DNA of 63,834 nucleotides, filler included, from Acidimicrobiia bacterium (GCA_041619515.1; 4 parts of 4 records of this genome joined end to end with filler, not necessarily neighbours in it), one strand, 5' to 3'; positions 28,776 to 40,402 are shown, numbered from the whole stretch's first letter. A program made the numbers and translations. The notes: generated from the letters alone by a model not told the origin.

Positions 28776-30269
28776 ATGGCCTACGTCCTCGGCATCGATT
28801 CGTCGACCACCGCCACCAAGGCGATCGTCGTTGGCGACGACGGGTCGGTGGCCGGGGTCTCCTCCGCCGGGTACGCCTTCAGCACACCGCATCCGCTGTG
28901 GAGCGAACAGGATCCAGCCCTTTGGCTGGAAGCGGCCGCGGCCGCAATTCGCGGCGCCCTCGCCGCGGCCGGGCTGGCGGGGGAGGAAATCGCCGCCGTC
29001 GGCCTCACCGGACAGATGCACGGACTGGTGCTGCTCGATGACGGCGGGAACGTGCTTCGTCCCGCCATGCTCTGGAACGACCAGCGCAGCGGCGCCGAGT
29101 GCGACCAGATGCGGGCTGCCGTCGGACGAAAGCGGCTCATCGAGATAACCGGCAACGACGCCCTGGCCGGATTCACCGCCCCGAAGATCCTTTGGGTTGC
29201 CAACAACGAGCCGGAGACGTTCGCCCGCATCGCCCGCGTGCTGCTTCCCAAGGACTATGTGCGCTACTGGCTGACCGGTGATTTTGCGGTAGACAGGGCC
29301 GGGGGCGCCGGCACCCAGCTGTTCGATCTCGCCAACCGCACCTGGTCGGCTGAGATACTCGACGCCCTCGGCCTCCCCTCCGCCTGGTTCCCACCCACCT
29401 TCGAGGGCCCCGACGTCACCGGTGCCGTTCGCAGCCCGGCGGCAGCCGCATCCGGCCTCGCCGCCGGGCCGCCGGTCGTGGCCGGCGGGGGAGACCAGGC
29501 GGCCAGCGCGGTCGGGACCGGGGCCCTGGACCCGGGCGTTGTCACCCTGTCGCTGGGAACATCGGGAGTGGTGTTCGCGGCGACCGACGGGCCCATTTTC
29601 GAGCCCAACGGCCGGGTCCACGCCTTCTGCCATGCGATCCCGGGCCGCTGGCATCTCATGGGCGTCATGCTCTCGGCCGCCGGGAGCCTGCGCTGGCATC
29701 GGGACCGACTGGCGCCCGGCGCGAGCTTTTCCGAGCTCGATGCCGAGGCCGGCGATGTCCCACCGGGCAGCGATGGCCTGCTGTTCCTGCCCTACCTCAC
29801 CGGTGAGCGCACTCCCCATCCCGATCCGCTCGCCCGCGGCGCCTTCGTCGGCCTGACGGTACGCCACGAACGGGCCCACTTGACCCGCGCCGTGCTCGAG
29901 GGGGTGGCGTTCGGTCTCGCCGACAACCTCGACCTGATTCGACAGGCCGGCGCCGGGCAGGTTGGACACATCCGGGCGACGGGAGGGGGAGTCAACTCGC
30001 CCCTGTGGCGGCAGATACTGGCGGACGTGCTCGGTGCCGAGATCGCCACGGTCGACACCCCGGAAGGGGCTGCATATGGAGCCGCCATGCTGGCGGCAGT
30101 CGGAGCGAAGTGGAGAACCGACGTGCACGACCTGGCTGCCGACTGGGTCACCGTCGGGTCGGTCACCGAGCCGGGGCCAGACCAGGCAACCTATCGGCGT
30201 GCCCACGACCGATATCGCGAGCTCTATCCGGCGCTGCAGCCGACATTTCGGGCGCTGGCGGAGAGCTAG
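28776..30269 (+). CDS. xylB: xylulokinase
   Basis: LGIDSSTTATK, GQMHG, LWNDQR, FTAPK, GGGDQ, LPYLTGERTP. Confidence 0.9.
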   Translation: MAYVLGIDSSTTATKAIVVGDDGSVAGVSSAGYAFSTPHPLWSEQDPALWLEAAAAAIRGALAAAGLAGEEIAAVGLTGQMHGLVLLDDGGNVLRPAMLWNDQRSGAECDQMRAAVGRKRLIEITGNDALAGFTAPKILWVANNEPETFARIARVLLPKDYVRYWLTGDFAVDRAGGAGTQLFDLANRTWSAEILDALGLPSAWFPPTFEGPDVTGAVRSPAAAASGLAAGPPVVAGGGDQAASAVGTGALDPGVVTLSLGTSGVVFAATDGPIFEPNGRVHAFCHAIPGRWHLMGVMLSAAGSLRWHRDRLAPGASFSELDAEAGDVPPGSDGLLFLPYLTGERTPHPDPLARGAFVGLTVRHERAHLTRAVLEGVAFGLADNLDLIRQAGAGQVGHIRATGGGVNSPLWRQILADVLGAEIATVDTPEGAAYGAAMLAAVGAKWRTDVHDLAADWVTVGSVTEPGPDQATYRRAHDRYRELYPALQPTFRALAES

Positions 30270-30279
30270 GCGAGACCGC

Positions 30280-31128
30280 TCAGTTCTCGCGGAGGAAATC
30301 CTCGACTTCGGAGATGAGCTCAGCAGCATCAGACGTGTTGAAGTCGGCACCGGCATCGCCTGCGAACGACTCGAGCCGGCGCACATACGCCGAGAACTCC
30401 TCTGAAGCAGACATGGCGGCATCGACCCTCGACTCGAAGTCGCCCGCCACCCTCGCCAGCTCGGTGGCATCCACGGAGATATCGAGGATGCGCGCGGCCC
30501 GTTCGAGCAGAGCAAGCATGGCTTTGGGGTTGGGGTTGGTGCCGAGGTAGTGAGAGGTGGCCGCCCACAGGCTCAGAGTCGACAGGCCTTCCTGGCGGAA
30601 CAAATGCGCCAGCACACCAACGATGCCGGTCGGGCCTGAGTAGTTGGCACCGGTCAACCCGAGCTCGATCAACTCATCGGTCGAGGCTGCTGTGCCGATC
30701 ACGGGGACCGGGGCTGTGTGCGGCACCTGTCCAAGGAACGCCCCCAGCAGCACAACCTGCTCGACCCCCATGCGACGGAACTCATCGACCAGGAGCGCCC
30801 CGAATCCCTGCCATCGCAGCTGAGGCTCGTCGCCGAGCACCAGCACCAGATCGTGCTCCCCCTCCTCGAAGTGCACCCCGTACATCCGGGTGGCGGGCCA
30901 CGCCAGCTCCCCGGTGGCGCCGTCTTCCACGGTGATGATCGGCCGGGTCTCGTGAAAGTCGATGAACTCCTCGGGATCGATGATGAGGAATGGTTCGGCG
31001 TCGAACTGGCTGATGATGTAGGCGATGGTCCCGGAGGCGGCGTCGCTGGCGTCGTTCCACCCCTCGAACGCCAGCAACGCCACCGGCTTGCGGAGGAGGG
31101 GATCGGACAGTCGGCGCACAGGATCCAT
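30280..31128 (-). CDS. PAC2 family (proteasome assembly chaperone-like) protein
   Basis: AFEGWNDASDAAS, EPQLRW, VPHT, YSGPTGIVGVL, NPKAMLALL, EVEDFLR. Confidence 0.88.
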   Translation of the reverse strand: MDPVRRLSDPLLRKPVALLAFEGWNDASDAASGTIAYIISQFDAEPFLIIDPEEFIDFHETRPIITVEDGATGELAWPATRMYGVHFEEGEHDLVLVLGDEPQLRWQGFGALLVDEFRRMGVEQVVLLGAFLGQVPHTAPVPVIGTAASTDELIELGLTGANYSGPTGIVGVLAHLFRQEGLSTLSLWAATSHYLGTNPNPKAMLALLERAARILDISVDATELARVAGDFESRVDAAMSASEEFSAYVRRLESFAGDAGADFNTSDAAELISEVEDFLREN

Positions 31129-31208
31129 ACCGTGAGGGTACCAAGCGCCGGACACCCCCGGGAGCGCGGCTCGCGCCCCGGGCGGCCGGGCATTGGGTAT
31201 CGCAGGTC

Positions 31209-31769
31209 CTACTCTCTGGGGTCCGCCGTTGCCGCGGCGGCAGCTGCTCCGAGCTCGGTATCCGCCTCGCCGCTCATCAGCTCGCCGGACGTGTTCTGGA
31301 TGTGAGCGCGCACGAACCATTGGTAGAGCTCGAGCTTGGCGACCTGGCCGGTCAGGAGGTCTTCGGTGATGGGATCGAGCTTTGCCGAAGCCTCGAGGGC
31401 TTGGCGATGATCGAAGATCACTCCGTCGTACACCTTGTCGAGGGCGGCGAGATGGGCCTCCACCACTCCCCGGCCGAGCGCGTAGTCATCCCAGTCCCGG
31501 TTGCGGGTGAGATAGCCGGGCAATCCGTTGGGGATTCCGCCGAGGGTGGCGATGCGCTCTGCGACTGCGTCCGCCATCAGGCGGGTGCCGGCCACCTGAT
31601 CGTCGAGCATCTCGTGAACCGCCATGAAACCGGGGCCGACGACATTCCAGTGGATGTGCTTGAGCACCAGAGACAGATCGATGAGGGCCACCAGCCGGCC
31701 TTGCAGCCGGCTGCCGAGTTGCTCGGCGGACTCGCTCGAGATCCCGGCGGGTTGAAAGTGCTGTTCCAT
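31209..31769 (-). CDS. dps: Dps DNA-protection ferritin-like protein
   Basis: KHIHWNVVGPGFMAVHEMLD, DAVAERIATLGG, LELYQWFVRAH. Confidence 0.92.
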   Translation of the reverse strand: MEQHFQPAGISSESAEQLGSRLQGRLVALIDLSLVLKHIHWNVVGPGFMAVHEMLDDQVAGTRLMADAVAERIATLGGIPNGLPGYLTRNRDWDDYALGRGVVEAHLAALDKVYDGVIFDHRQALEASAKLDPITEDLLTGQVAKLELYQWFVRAHIQNTSGELMSGEADTELGAAAAAATADPRE

Positions 31770-31910
31770 GGTTGGTTCCTCTCCTCGCGGATGCATACGA
31801 AGTACTACCCGTTGCCCGCTGCTGCCAAACATTCGGCCGGCAGGGAGTTGACGGGTGGAACTGACCTAATCCCCTAGGCTCAGGCCCACGTCGTCTACCA
31901 CTCTTGGATC

Positions 31911-32372
31911 GTGGAACCCATCACCAACGCCCAGTGCCATCGCCTCCTCGCCGAGGAGCCGGTCGGGCACCTCGCCGTCATCGCCGACGACGAGCCGTAC
32001 GTGACCCCCATCTCGTTCGTCCACATGAACGACGCCATCTATGTGCGCACCGGGCCCGGGCGTCGCCTGACCGCTCTCCTCGCCGGCGGCCGCTGCTGCA
32101 TCGAAGTGAGCCGCTATTCCAACGAGCAGGGAGACTGGGAGAGCGTGCTTGTGTTCGGTACCGCCGAGGTGGTCGAAGAGACGGGGGAAGAAGCCGACGC
32201 CATCGGCCTGCTGCTGGTGAAGTATCGCAACGTCTTCGGCTCAGCACTCGCTTTCTCCCGGCCCACCCCCCTGGCTCCGAAGGAGGTGGTGGTCAAGATC
32301 CCCATCGACGAGATGAGCGGGCGTTCTTCCGGTGCCGGCTTTGCACCCCGCACCCGGCCCGGACGACTGTGA
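31911..32372 (+). CDS. pyridoxamine 5'-phosphate oxidase-like (NimA-type) flavin-binding protein
   Basis: CHRLLAEEPVGHLA...PYVTPISF...WESVLVFGTA...MSGR. Confidence 0.8.
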   Translation: MEPITNAQCHRLLAEEPVGHLAVIADDEPYVTPISFVHMNDAIYVRTGPGRRLTALLAGGRCCIEVSRYSNEQGDWESVLVFGTAEVVEETGEEADAIGLLLVKYRNVFGSALAFSRPTPLAPKEVVVKIPIDEMSGRSSGAGFAPRTRPGRL

Positions 32373-32438
32373 GCGGGACACAACCGTCGCTCAGGTGATC
32401 CGGTCCGCCGGCTGGGCGGGGGACCCGTCCCGGGGGAC

Positions 32439-33368
32439 CTAGGCGAGCAAGAACGGATAGAGAGCTGCGTAGGCGAGGAGCAGCATCACCCCGGTCACCC
32501 GGTCGTGATGTCCCCGCCGTGCCAGGACGTAGGTCAAACCTGCCACGATGACCCCACCGGCCAGAGCGCTGCGAACCAGCAGGCCGCCGTCGACAACCAG
32601 GGGAACGATGGCCGGGCCGATGCCCAGAGCCAGGGTGGCGTCGATGAGCGATGATCCGAAGATGTCACCGATTGCCATGTCCTTCTCACCCCTCCGGACT
32701 GCGGTCACGTCCACGACCAACTCGGGAAGCGAGGTGCCGATGGAGGCAGCGAAAAAGCTGAGGAGGAAGATCGGGACGTCCAGCTCCTCGGCGATCTCGA
32801 CAAAGGCGGTGACGGCAGCCGTCGCTCCCGCTCCGACCAAAGCGAGCGAGAAGAGGACCCCCAGGAGCGCCCGACCCGGGCGCCGTTCCGGGACCACCAT
32901 CGCCGGTTCGCCCGCCACCGGCATCTGCCGGTACATGAGGACCGCAGACACGACCCAGAAACCGACCAGTGTCACCCCTTCGAGGCGGGTGAGTGAGTCG
33001 TCGGCCCCGAACAGCGCAGCCAAACCCAGGCCGACGACCATCAGAGTCCCCGGCAGCACGATGCGGTGTTTACCGCTGGCCATGGTTCCACCCACAAAGG
33101 GGAGGATCCCCAGCACGAGGGTCATCTGTGTGATCGTCGATCCGGTTGCGGTTCCTACCGCCATGTCCCCGTAGTCGGAGATGGCACTGACGATGGCATT
33201 GGCGATCTCGGGGAGATCGGTCCCAATCGCCACGACGATCGCTCCAATCACGAAGGGCGGGATGTTGAAGCCGAACGCCAGGTCCGACGCATACCCCACC
33301 GCTCCGCGACTGGCGACGATGGCCAGCGCCAGGCCGCCGACCACCACCGCGATCCAGACGGCAATCAT
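32439..33368 (-). CDS. sodium:calcium antiporter (CaCA family)
   Basis: Two alpha repeats, AIGTDLPE and SIGTSLPEL...GDIFGS. ATGA overlap with the ATPase stop. Confidence 0.85.
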   Translation of the reverse strand: MIAVWIAVVVGGLALAIVASRGAVGYASDLAFGFNIPPFVIGAIVVAIGTDLPEIANAIVSAISDYGDMAVGTATGSTITQMTLVLGILPFVGGTMASGKHRIVLPGTLMVVGLGLAALFGADDSLTRLEGVTLVGFWVVSAVLMYRQMPVAGEPAMVVPERRPGRALLGVLFSLALVGAGATAAVTAFVEIAEELDVPIFLLSFFAASIGTSLPELVVDVTAVRRGEKDMAIGDIFGSSLIDATLALGIGPAIVPLVVDGGLLVRSALAGGVIVAGLTYVLARRGHHDRVTGVMLLLAYAALYPFLLA

Positions 33369-36049
33369 CGCCGGATCGACCTCCATTCCATCGCCTTGAT
33401 CGCCTCGCCGATGAGGAACACCGGGAGCGACACGGCCAGGATCCACACCCAGTCGCCCACGCCGAGGGCGACGGTGTCGAAGGCGTTCTGCAAGAACGGG
33501 ACATAGACCACCGCCGCCTGAAGCCCGATCGTGGCCGACCAGGCTCCCAGCAGCCACGGGTTCGAGAAGAAGCCGATCACCCTCATCGGGGCGTGAAGTG
33601 AGCGAAAGTTGAACACGTTCATGTGCTCGAGGACCACCATCCCGGTGAATGCCATCGTCTGGGCGTAGGCGATGTCCCGGTCGAGCCCCAGCCGGTAGAA
33701 GTGGAAGAGGAACAGGGCGGCCGCGCCGATGTAGGCACCGAAGCCGACGATCTGGAAGAGCCCTCGCCGCGACAGGATGGCTGCGTCCGGCGGGCGGGGC
33801 GGGCGTTCCATGATGCCTTCCTCGGTGGGCTCCACCCCCAACGCCAGCGCCGTCAACCCGTCCGTCACCAGGTTCATCCACAGGATCTGAACCGGCAGCA
33901 GGATGAGCGGTGCATTGAGCAGGATGTTGACGAGGACTGCAACCACCTCACCGGTGTTGGACGACAACAGATAGCGAATGAACTTCTGGATGTTGTCGTA
34001 CTGGCGGCGACCCTCTTCGACGGCGCCGATGATCGACGCGAAGTTGTCGTCGGTGAGGATCATGTCGCTGGCACTCTTGGCAACGTCGGTCCCGCGCAGT
34101 CCCATCGAGATCCCGATGTCGGCCTGCTTGAGGGCGGGGGCGTCGTTCACCCCGTCCCCGGTCATGCCGACAACGTGACCGTCCTCCTGCAAGAGCCTGA
34201 CGATGCGCAGCTTGTGCTCGGGCGTAGTCCTGGCAAACACCGCTCCCTGCTCGAGGGCTCGACGGAGGTCGGCGTCCCCCATCTCGTCGAGCTCGACACC
34301 ACCCACCGCCCGGGCGGCGCCCAGGCCGACGCGCCCGGCAATCGCCAGCGCCGTAGCCGGTGCGTCACCCGTGATCATCACGACCTGGATCCCGGCGGCT
34401 TTGGCTTCGGTCACTGCGGCCGGGACCTCCGGCCGGGGCGGGTCGAGAATGGCAACGACGCCGAGCAGGCTGAGCTCCTGCTCGACGGCGTCCTCGTCGA
34501 GGATGATCCCCGTCGGCAGTCGCCGCCGGGCGAGGGCCAGCGTCCGGAGGCCATCGCCGGCGAACCCCTCAAAGACCTCCACGATTTCCCGGCGGGCGGC
34601 ATCGTCGAGGGGCCGGGCGCTCTCTCCCCACCCGAGCTGGGAACATCGCGACAACAACACTTCGGGCGCCCCCTTCGTATGGGCGACATAGGACGTCCCG
34701 ACCCGCTCGAGCACGGTCATCCGCTTGCGCCGCGAATTGAAGGAGAACTCACCGGATGGCTCGACGTCGGCGGAAACACCCGCCTTGTGGGCGGCTGTGA
34801 CGAGAGCCGCCTCGGTCGGCTCACCGACGCAGTGCCAGCCGGCCTCATCCAATTCGATGCGCGCATGATTGCACCACAGGCCGGTCTCGAGCAGAGCGGT
34901 CAGCTGCTCGCTCGCCTGCGAACCGCCGTCGACTGCGAACGACCCGCTGTCGGGGGCGTAGCCGACACCGTCGGCCTCGATCACACCCGACGGCACCCAG
35001 ACGCTGCGGACGGTCATCTGGTTCTCGGTCAGCGTGCCGGTCTTGTCCGTGCAGATGACCGTCGCCGCCCCCAGCGTCTCGGCGGCCTGGAGCCTCCGCA
35101 GCAGAGCCTTTCGCCCCACCATCCGCCGTATTCCGAGTGCCAGGGTGATGGTCACCACCGCCGGGAGGCCCTCCGGCACGACCGCCACCGCCAGGGAGAC
35201 GCCGGTGAAGAACATCTCCTCGAGTTCCCGGCCCAGCAGCCATCCGGTCACCGCGATGACGACGGAGACGGCTACCGCAACGATCCCGAGCCAGGCGCCG
35301 AGAGCGGCCAGCTTCTTCTGGAGCGGCGTGGCCTCGGCGCCGACGGCCGACGTCAGCTCTGCGATGCGGCCGAACTCGGTGCGCATGCCGGTACCGACCG
35401 CCAGCCCCCGGGCGCGGCCGTTGGTCACGGTGGTTCCCATCCACGCCATCGAGTACTGCTCCGCCAGCGGAGTGCTCGCCGCCACCGCCTCGGAGTCCTT
35501 GGCGACGGATTCGGATTCGCCGGTCAGGGCCGACTCGTCGACCTTGAGGTCGACCGCCTGGATGATCCGCAGATCGGCCGGGATGCGGCCTCCGATCTCG
35601 ACCAGTACCACATCACCGGGGACGAGGAGTGTGGCATCGACTTCCTGTTCACGACCGTCGCGCACCACCCGGGCCTCCAGCGCCAGCAGCTTCTGAAGTG
35701 CGTCGATGGCCCGTTCGGCCCGCCACTCCTGAACAAAACCGAGCACCCCGTTCAGAACCAGGATGACGACGATCGTGACCGAATCGGTCACCTCGCCGAG
35801 AAAGAGGGACACCACTGCCGCCACCCCGAGTATGAGGATCAGGACATCGACGAACTGGCGGCCGAGCACCACGTACCAGGGGGTGCGCCGTCGGACCTCC
35901 AGCAGGTTGGGACCGTGCCGCTCCAGCCTTCGTTCAGCCTCTGCTGTCGTCAGGCCGGTCGCGGGGTCGGTGTCGACTTCGCCGCCTACCTTGGCGGGGG
36001 CCATCGCATGCCATGGAGGCCGTTCCCGGAGCGTGGTTTGGGTTGTCAC
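33365..36049 (-). CDS. P2-type cation (Ca2+)-transporting ATPase
   Basis: TGES, VPEGLP, DKTGTLT, KGAPE, MITGD, GDGVNDAPAL, ILWMNLVTDG. Confidence 0.92.
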   Translation of the reverse strand: MTTQTTLRERPPWHAMAPAKVGGEVDTDPATGLTTAEAERRLERHGPNLLEVRRRTPWYVVLGRQFVDVLILILGVAAVVSLFLGEVTDSVTIVVILVLNGVLGFVQEWRAERAIDALQKLLALEARVVRDGREQEVDATLLVPGDVVLVEIGGRIPADLRIIQAVDLKVDESALTGESESVAKDSEAVAASTPLAEQYSMAWMGTTVTNGRARGLAVGTGMRTEFGRIAELTSAVGAEATPLQKKLAALGAWLGIVAVAVSVVIAVTGWLLGRELEEMFFTGVSLAVAVVPEGLPAVVTITLALGIRRMVGRKALLRRLQAAETLGAATVICTDKTGTLTENQMTVRSVWVPSGVIEADGVGYAPDSGSFAVDGGSQASEQLTALLETGLWCNHARIELDEAGWHCVGEPTEAALVTAAHKAGVSADVEPSGEFSFNSRRKRMTVLERVGTSYVAHTKGAPEVLLSRCSQLGWGESARPLDDAARREIVEVFEGFAGDGLRTLALARRRLPTGIILDEDAVEQELSLLGVVAILDPPRPEVPAAVTEAKAAGIQVVMITGDAPATALAIAGRVGLGAARAVGGVELDEMGDADLRRALEQGAVFARTTPEHKLRIVRLLQEDGHVVGMTGDGVNDAPALKQADIGISMGLRGTDVAKSASDMILTDDNFASIIGAVEEGRRQYDNIQKFIRYLLSSNTGEVVAVLVNILLNAPLILLPVQILWMNLVTDGLTALALGVEPTEEGIMERPPRPPDAAILSRRGLFQIVGFGAYIGAAALFLFHFYRLGLDRDIAYAQTMAFTGMVVLEHMNVFNFRSLHAPMRVIGFFSNPWLLGAWSATIGLQAAVVYVPFLQNAFDTVALGVGDWVWILAVSLPVFLIGEAIKAMEWRSIRR

Positions 36050-36147
36050 CTTCTCCTACCAGGCAACCGCTCGGCCGGTCCCGGGCGTAGAGGCATTCGA
36101 CCTAACGGCACCCGGCGAAAGATGGCGACCGGCGTGCCGCCGCGCCG

Positions 36148-36948
<801 letters not shown>

Positions 36949-36949
36949 C

Positions 36950-37049
36950 NNNNNNNNNNNNNNNNNNNNNNNNNNNNNNNNNNNNNNNNNNNNTTAATTA
37001 ATTAANNNNNNNNNNNNNNNNNNNNNNNNNNNNNNNNNNNNNNNNNNNN
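36950..37049. other. artificial contig linker
   Basis: N44-TTAATTAATTAA-N44. Confidence 0.98.
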
Positions 37050-37416
37050 CGGCGCCGCGCCTAGATCCTTCCACCGCGCGGACGCGGCGCAATAACTGGT
37101 GTGATCAGCCGACTACGTATCGTCGCGGAGGCGGAACAGGCGTCGTGATGATTCGTCCGGCACCACGCCAGTAGCCGTCCCAGATCACCACGTCACGGAT
37201 GAGAACACGCAGGTGCGAGAGTGTCCTGAATAGGCACCAATGGGCGGTGGGGGCGGGATGTCGAAGTACCGCAGCCGATGATCGCCTTCCCGGCTACGGA
37301 CCCCAGGCCAACACGAGAGGCGTAGGTGGCCGGGGGCGGGACGCTATCCGCATCGGTCATGGTGCTAGGAGGCAAACGGCCGAGCAGTGAGCCGCCGTAG
37401 CCGGCTTATCGCCACT

Positions 37417-37830
37417 TCAGTCCAAGGTCCGCAGCCAAGCATCGAAGTCTTCAGCTGCGTGTGGCCCTTTCGATTTGAGCTCGCCTGTGACCCTGGCGCC
37501 CCGTGCTTCGAGCGGAGTCGCCATCTTTTTCAGAGTCTTGCCGATGGCTAGGTCGTACGTTGTGAACACGGCGGCAGGCTTCCCATCGAGGGGACCGAGA
37601 CGCTCGATGAAATCTATCGTCGCCGGGGTCGGGCTCTGCCGGATGACGAAGAGTCCTTTGGTCCAGCTCCCGACGCAGACAGCATCGGCTGTCGTCACCT
37701 GCGCAGGGTCGGCATCGTGGATCGATTCCACGCTGCATTCGTGGCCGGCCGCTCGTGCTGCCGCGCCCATCTGTTCAGCAGCCGCCTTTGTCTTCCCAGT
37801 CGAACTGTCGTAAACGATTGCCATCTTCAC
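37417..37830 (-). CDS. flavodoxin-domain protein
   Basis: IVYDSSTGKTKAAAE FMN-phosphate loop, VGSWT, GKPAAVFTT. AAGGAGG SD. Confidence 0.8.
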   Translation of the reverse strand: MKMAIVYDSSTGKTKAAAEQMGAAARAAGHECSVESIHDADPAQVTTADAVCVGSWTKGLFVIRQSPTPATIDFIERLGPLDGKPAAVFTTYDLAIGKTLKKMATPLEARGARVTGELKSKGPHAAEDFDAWLRTLD

Positions 37831-38395
37831 GATCTGACTCCTCCTTGGTTGGCTCGTACCGCGGATCTTGGCGCTACGAGGCTCCTACCTGTTCGAGTTC
37901 GAAGCTCATGTCGCGTGTGCCCCTCCGCCAAGCACAGTGCCGATTCGACGATCATCCAGCTGGTGGGCTTGGTGCCGTTGTCGCTCTCGCCCCACGTGCG
38001 AGCCTGCATGATGGTGGCGTCGTCAACCTTGCCGATGACGATCACTCCCTGTTGGCGGCTCTCGCAACTTCCCGGCCCGTCCCAATGTGGTGTCGCCTCC
38101 AGTCATGCCGGCGTCCTCTCAGTGTGACCACGACCGGCCACACCACCACCTGTACCCAGGAACAGAGATCGACGCTAGAGGCGAAAGGGCATCAACGGCC
38201 TGACGAGGTCCCCAAACAGACCACGAGCCGACGCTTGTCCCTCCGTGCGGAGCTCCCGTTTCAGAGTCAATACGTCGTCAGCTGCTGGGCGCCCCCGCAC
38301 CGGTTTCTCAAGCGGCCAATCTCCATTGTGACCTCGGCCTCTTCCCAAGAGGGTGGCCGGGGAGGGAAACTTGTTGATGAACCTGGGAGGTGCAC

Positions 38396-38905
38396 ATGCC
38401 TACGACATTTCACGCCCCTCCTCCGGCTGCCACGCCTGAGAGAGTCGAGCCGTCCAGGCCGCGGATTGCCCGGCTTCCTCTTGTGATCCTCGCTGTGGTC
38501 GTCCTTGCGATCACGGCGGGAGCTGCGCTCGTTCTGATGAACAACGACGGAGTTGCACCCGAGGACGTGGTGGTTGACAGCCTCGAGGCTTTCAATGCGC
38601 GTGATCGTGCCGCCCTCGAGGCGCTCTACGCCCCCGACATCACGGTGTCGATCGACTTCAGGCAGGCTGGGGGTGAACTCCTACCGGACGAAGTTGGTCG
38701 TGATGTGTCGCTCGACCAGACCGCGGAATTCTGGCGGGTTGCCGATCCCACGCTTTCCTGGGAGATGGTCTCCGTCGACGACGGGATGGTGTCTGTTGCG
38801 GTAACCACGACCTTTGGTGACGGCTCTATCGAACGCTACACGTCCGCCTACACCGTCTCGGAGGAAGGAGTGATCACCCGGATCGACCACGTCGGTCTGC
38901 CGTAG
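38396..38905 (+). CDS. membrane-anchored SnoaL/NTF2-like protein
   Basis: Single TM followed by EAFNARDRAALEALYAPD...EEGVITRID. GGAGG SD. Confidence 0.7.
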   Translation: MPTTFHAPPPAATPERVEPSRPRIARLPLVILAVVVLAITAGAALVLMNNDGVAPEDVVVDSLEAFNARDRAALEALYAPDITVSIDFRQAGGELLPDEVGRDVSLDQTAEFWRVADPTLSWEMVSVDDGMVSVAVTTTFGDGSIERYTSAYTVSEEGVITRIDHVGLP

Positions 38906-39128
38906 CTTCCTGGCCGCGACGGGAGGGTGCTCGGTGAGCCGGACTCCGCTCCCACCGGTTGGCGGGCGGCGGCACCGATCTTCGGCTCTACCTCGCGGCA
39001 CCAGGTTTCCCGATCGGCCGGCACGAGGCAACCACCGCTTCCGGCGCTCCGGCTTTCGCTGGCGATAGTTGGTAGCTTCGTCAAGAGAGCGCGATGGGGG
39101 GTCGCGTTTTACATGGAGGGGAGGGTAC

Positions 39129-40397
39129 GTGGCCACCACCAAGTCACCGCCGTTCACGGCCTCGGAATGGAAGAAGATTCGCACGGCGCTGGCCTCCGAC
39201 CCGGATCTGTACGGGCTCCCCAAACGCGTCTACGGGTCGATCGTGCTCGGGTCCTTCAACATTCGAAAGCTGGGCAGCCTGTCCTCGAAGGGCACGCACC
39301 AGCGCGACGAAGGCGCCATGTCGTTCCTCGCCGACATCTGCCGACACTTCGACCTGCTGGCCGTCCAGGAAGTGATGAGCTCAACCGAAGGCATCAGGCG
39401 CCTCGCCGAGCTGATGGGCCCCGAGTTCGGCCTCATCGTGTCGGACACGACCGGCGCCCTCCCGGGAGGAGGAGGCGGGATGCCGGAGCGCTCGGCGTTC
39501 ATCTACAACCGCAACCTGGTGCGGCGCAAGGAGCTGGTGACCGACGTGACCTACGACCGCTACGAGGTGCTCGACACCCTGGTGCGGGAGTTCCCGTCGA
39601 TCTCCAAAGAGGTCACCGCGTACCGGAAGGCGATGGCGGCCTTCGACAAGGCCAAGGCCGCCGGCAAGAAGCCGAAGAAGCCCAAGCTCAAGATGCCGAC
39701 ATTCCTGAGCTTCGTTCGCACACCGTTTGCCGTCAGCTTCGAGGTCCAGGGCTTCCCCCGCTCCGAGGCCTATCCCTTCCTCGCCGTATGCGCCCACCTG
39801 CTGTACGGCGACTCGGAGAAGGACCGCCAGCGGGAGGGTGCGGCGCTCATCAGGTGGATGATGGGCAAGGCCCGCGAGAGCGGCACCGAGCCGATGAACC
39901 TGGTCCTCTTTGGAGATCTCAACCTGGACTACGACAAGCCGAAGCAGGATTTGGAGCGGATCGCGGCGGTCATCGATGCTGAGAACAAGAAGGCCAAGCG
40001 CAGAGTCGAGATGAGCTTCCCCTTCCTGTTCGGACACCCCAACACGACTCAGCTGGCACCATCGGCCGGCAACGTGTTTCGCACCAACGTCTCGCTCAAC
40101 CAGACGTTCGACCAGATCGGGATCCTGACGACCGACCCGCGCTTGAAGCACAACGTCGGCACGACGCCACTAGGCCATGCTCACCCCGAGGTGTGGGCGG
40201 TCCAGCCGACGGGCCCCGACTACGGGGTGGTCAACTTCTCCGAGCTCTTCTGTCGAACGCTCGAGAATAAGCCGTTCGCCGATCTCGGCAAGGAGAAGTC
40301 TGAGTTCGTGAGACGGTTCGACTTCCGCGTGAGCGACCATCTGCCGATCTGGTACCGGGTACCGCTGCCGACCTTCCGCACCGGGGTCGACATCTAG
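39129..40397 (+). CDS. DNase I-like EEP family nuclease/phosphatase with a Lys-rich insertion
   Basis: GSFNIRKLG, FDLLAVQEV, ERSAFIYN, RTPF, HLLYG, FGDLNLD, FDQI, VSDHLPIW. GTG follows a GGAGGG SD. Confidence 0.82.
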   Translation: MATTKSPPFTASEWKKIRTALASDPDLYGLPKRVYGSIVLGSFNIRKLGSLSSKGTHQRDEGAMSFLADICRHFDLLAVQEVMSSTEGIRRLAELMGPEFGLIVSDTTGALPGGGGGMPERSAFIYNRNLVRRKELVTDVTYDRYEVLDTLVREFPSISKEVTAYRKAMAAFDKAKAAGKKPKKPKLKMPTFLSFVRTPFAVSFEVQGFPRSEAYPFLAVCAHLLYGDSEKDRQREGAALIRWMMGKARESGTEPMNLVLFGDLNLDYDKPKQDLERIAAVIDAENKKAKRRVEMSFPFLFGHPNTTQLAPSAGNVFRTNVSLNQTFDQIGILTTDPRLKHNVGTTPLGHAHPEVWAVQPTGPDYGVVNFSELFCRTLENKPFADLGKEKSEFVRRFDFRVSDHLPIWYRVPLPTFRTGVDI

Positions 40398-40402
40398 CCG
40401 AA

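Noticed and set aside
37050..38340. Short ORFs around the flavodoxin gene (37193-37375, 37827-38045, 37755-38486)
   Set aside because: No recognisable domain or consistent frame. They may be decayed remnants but cannot be supported.
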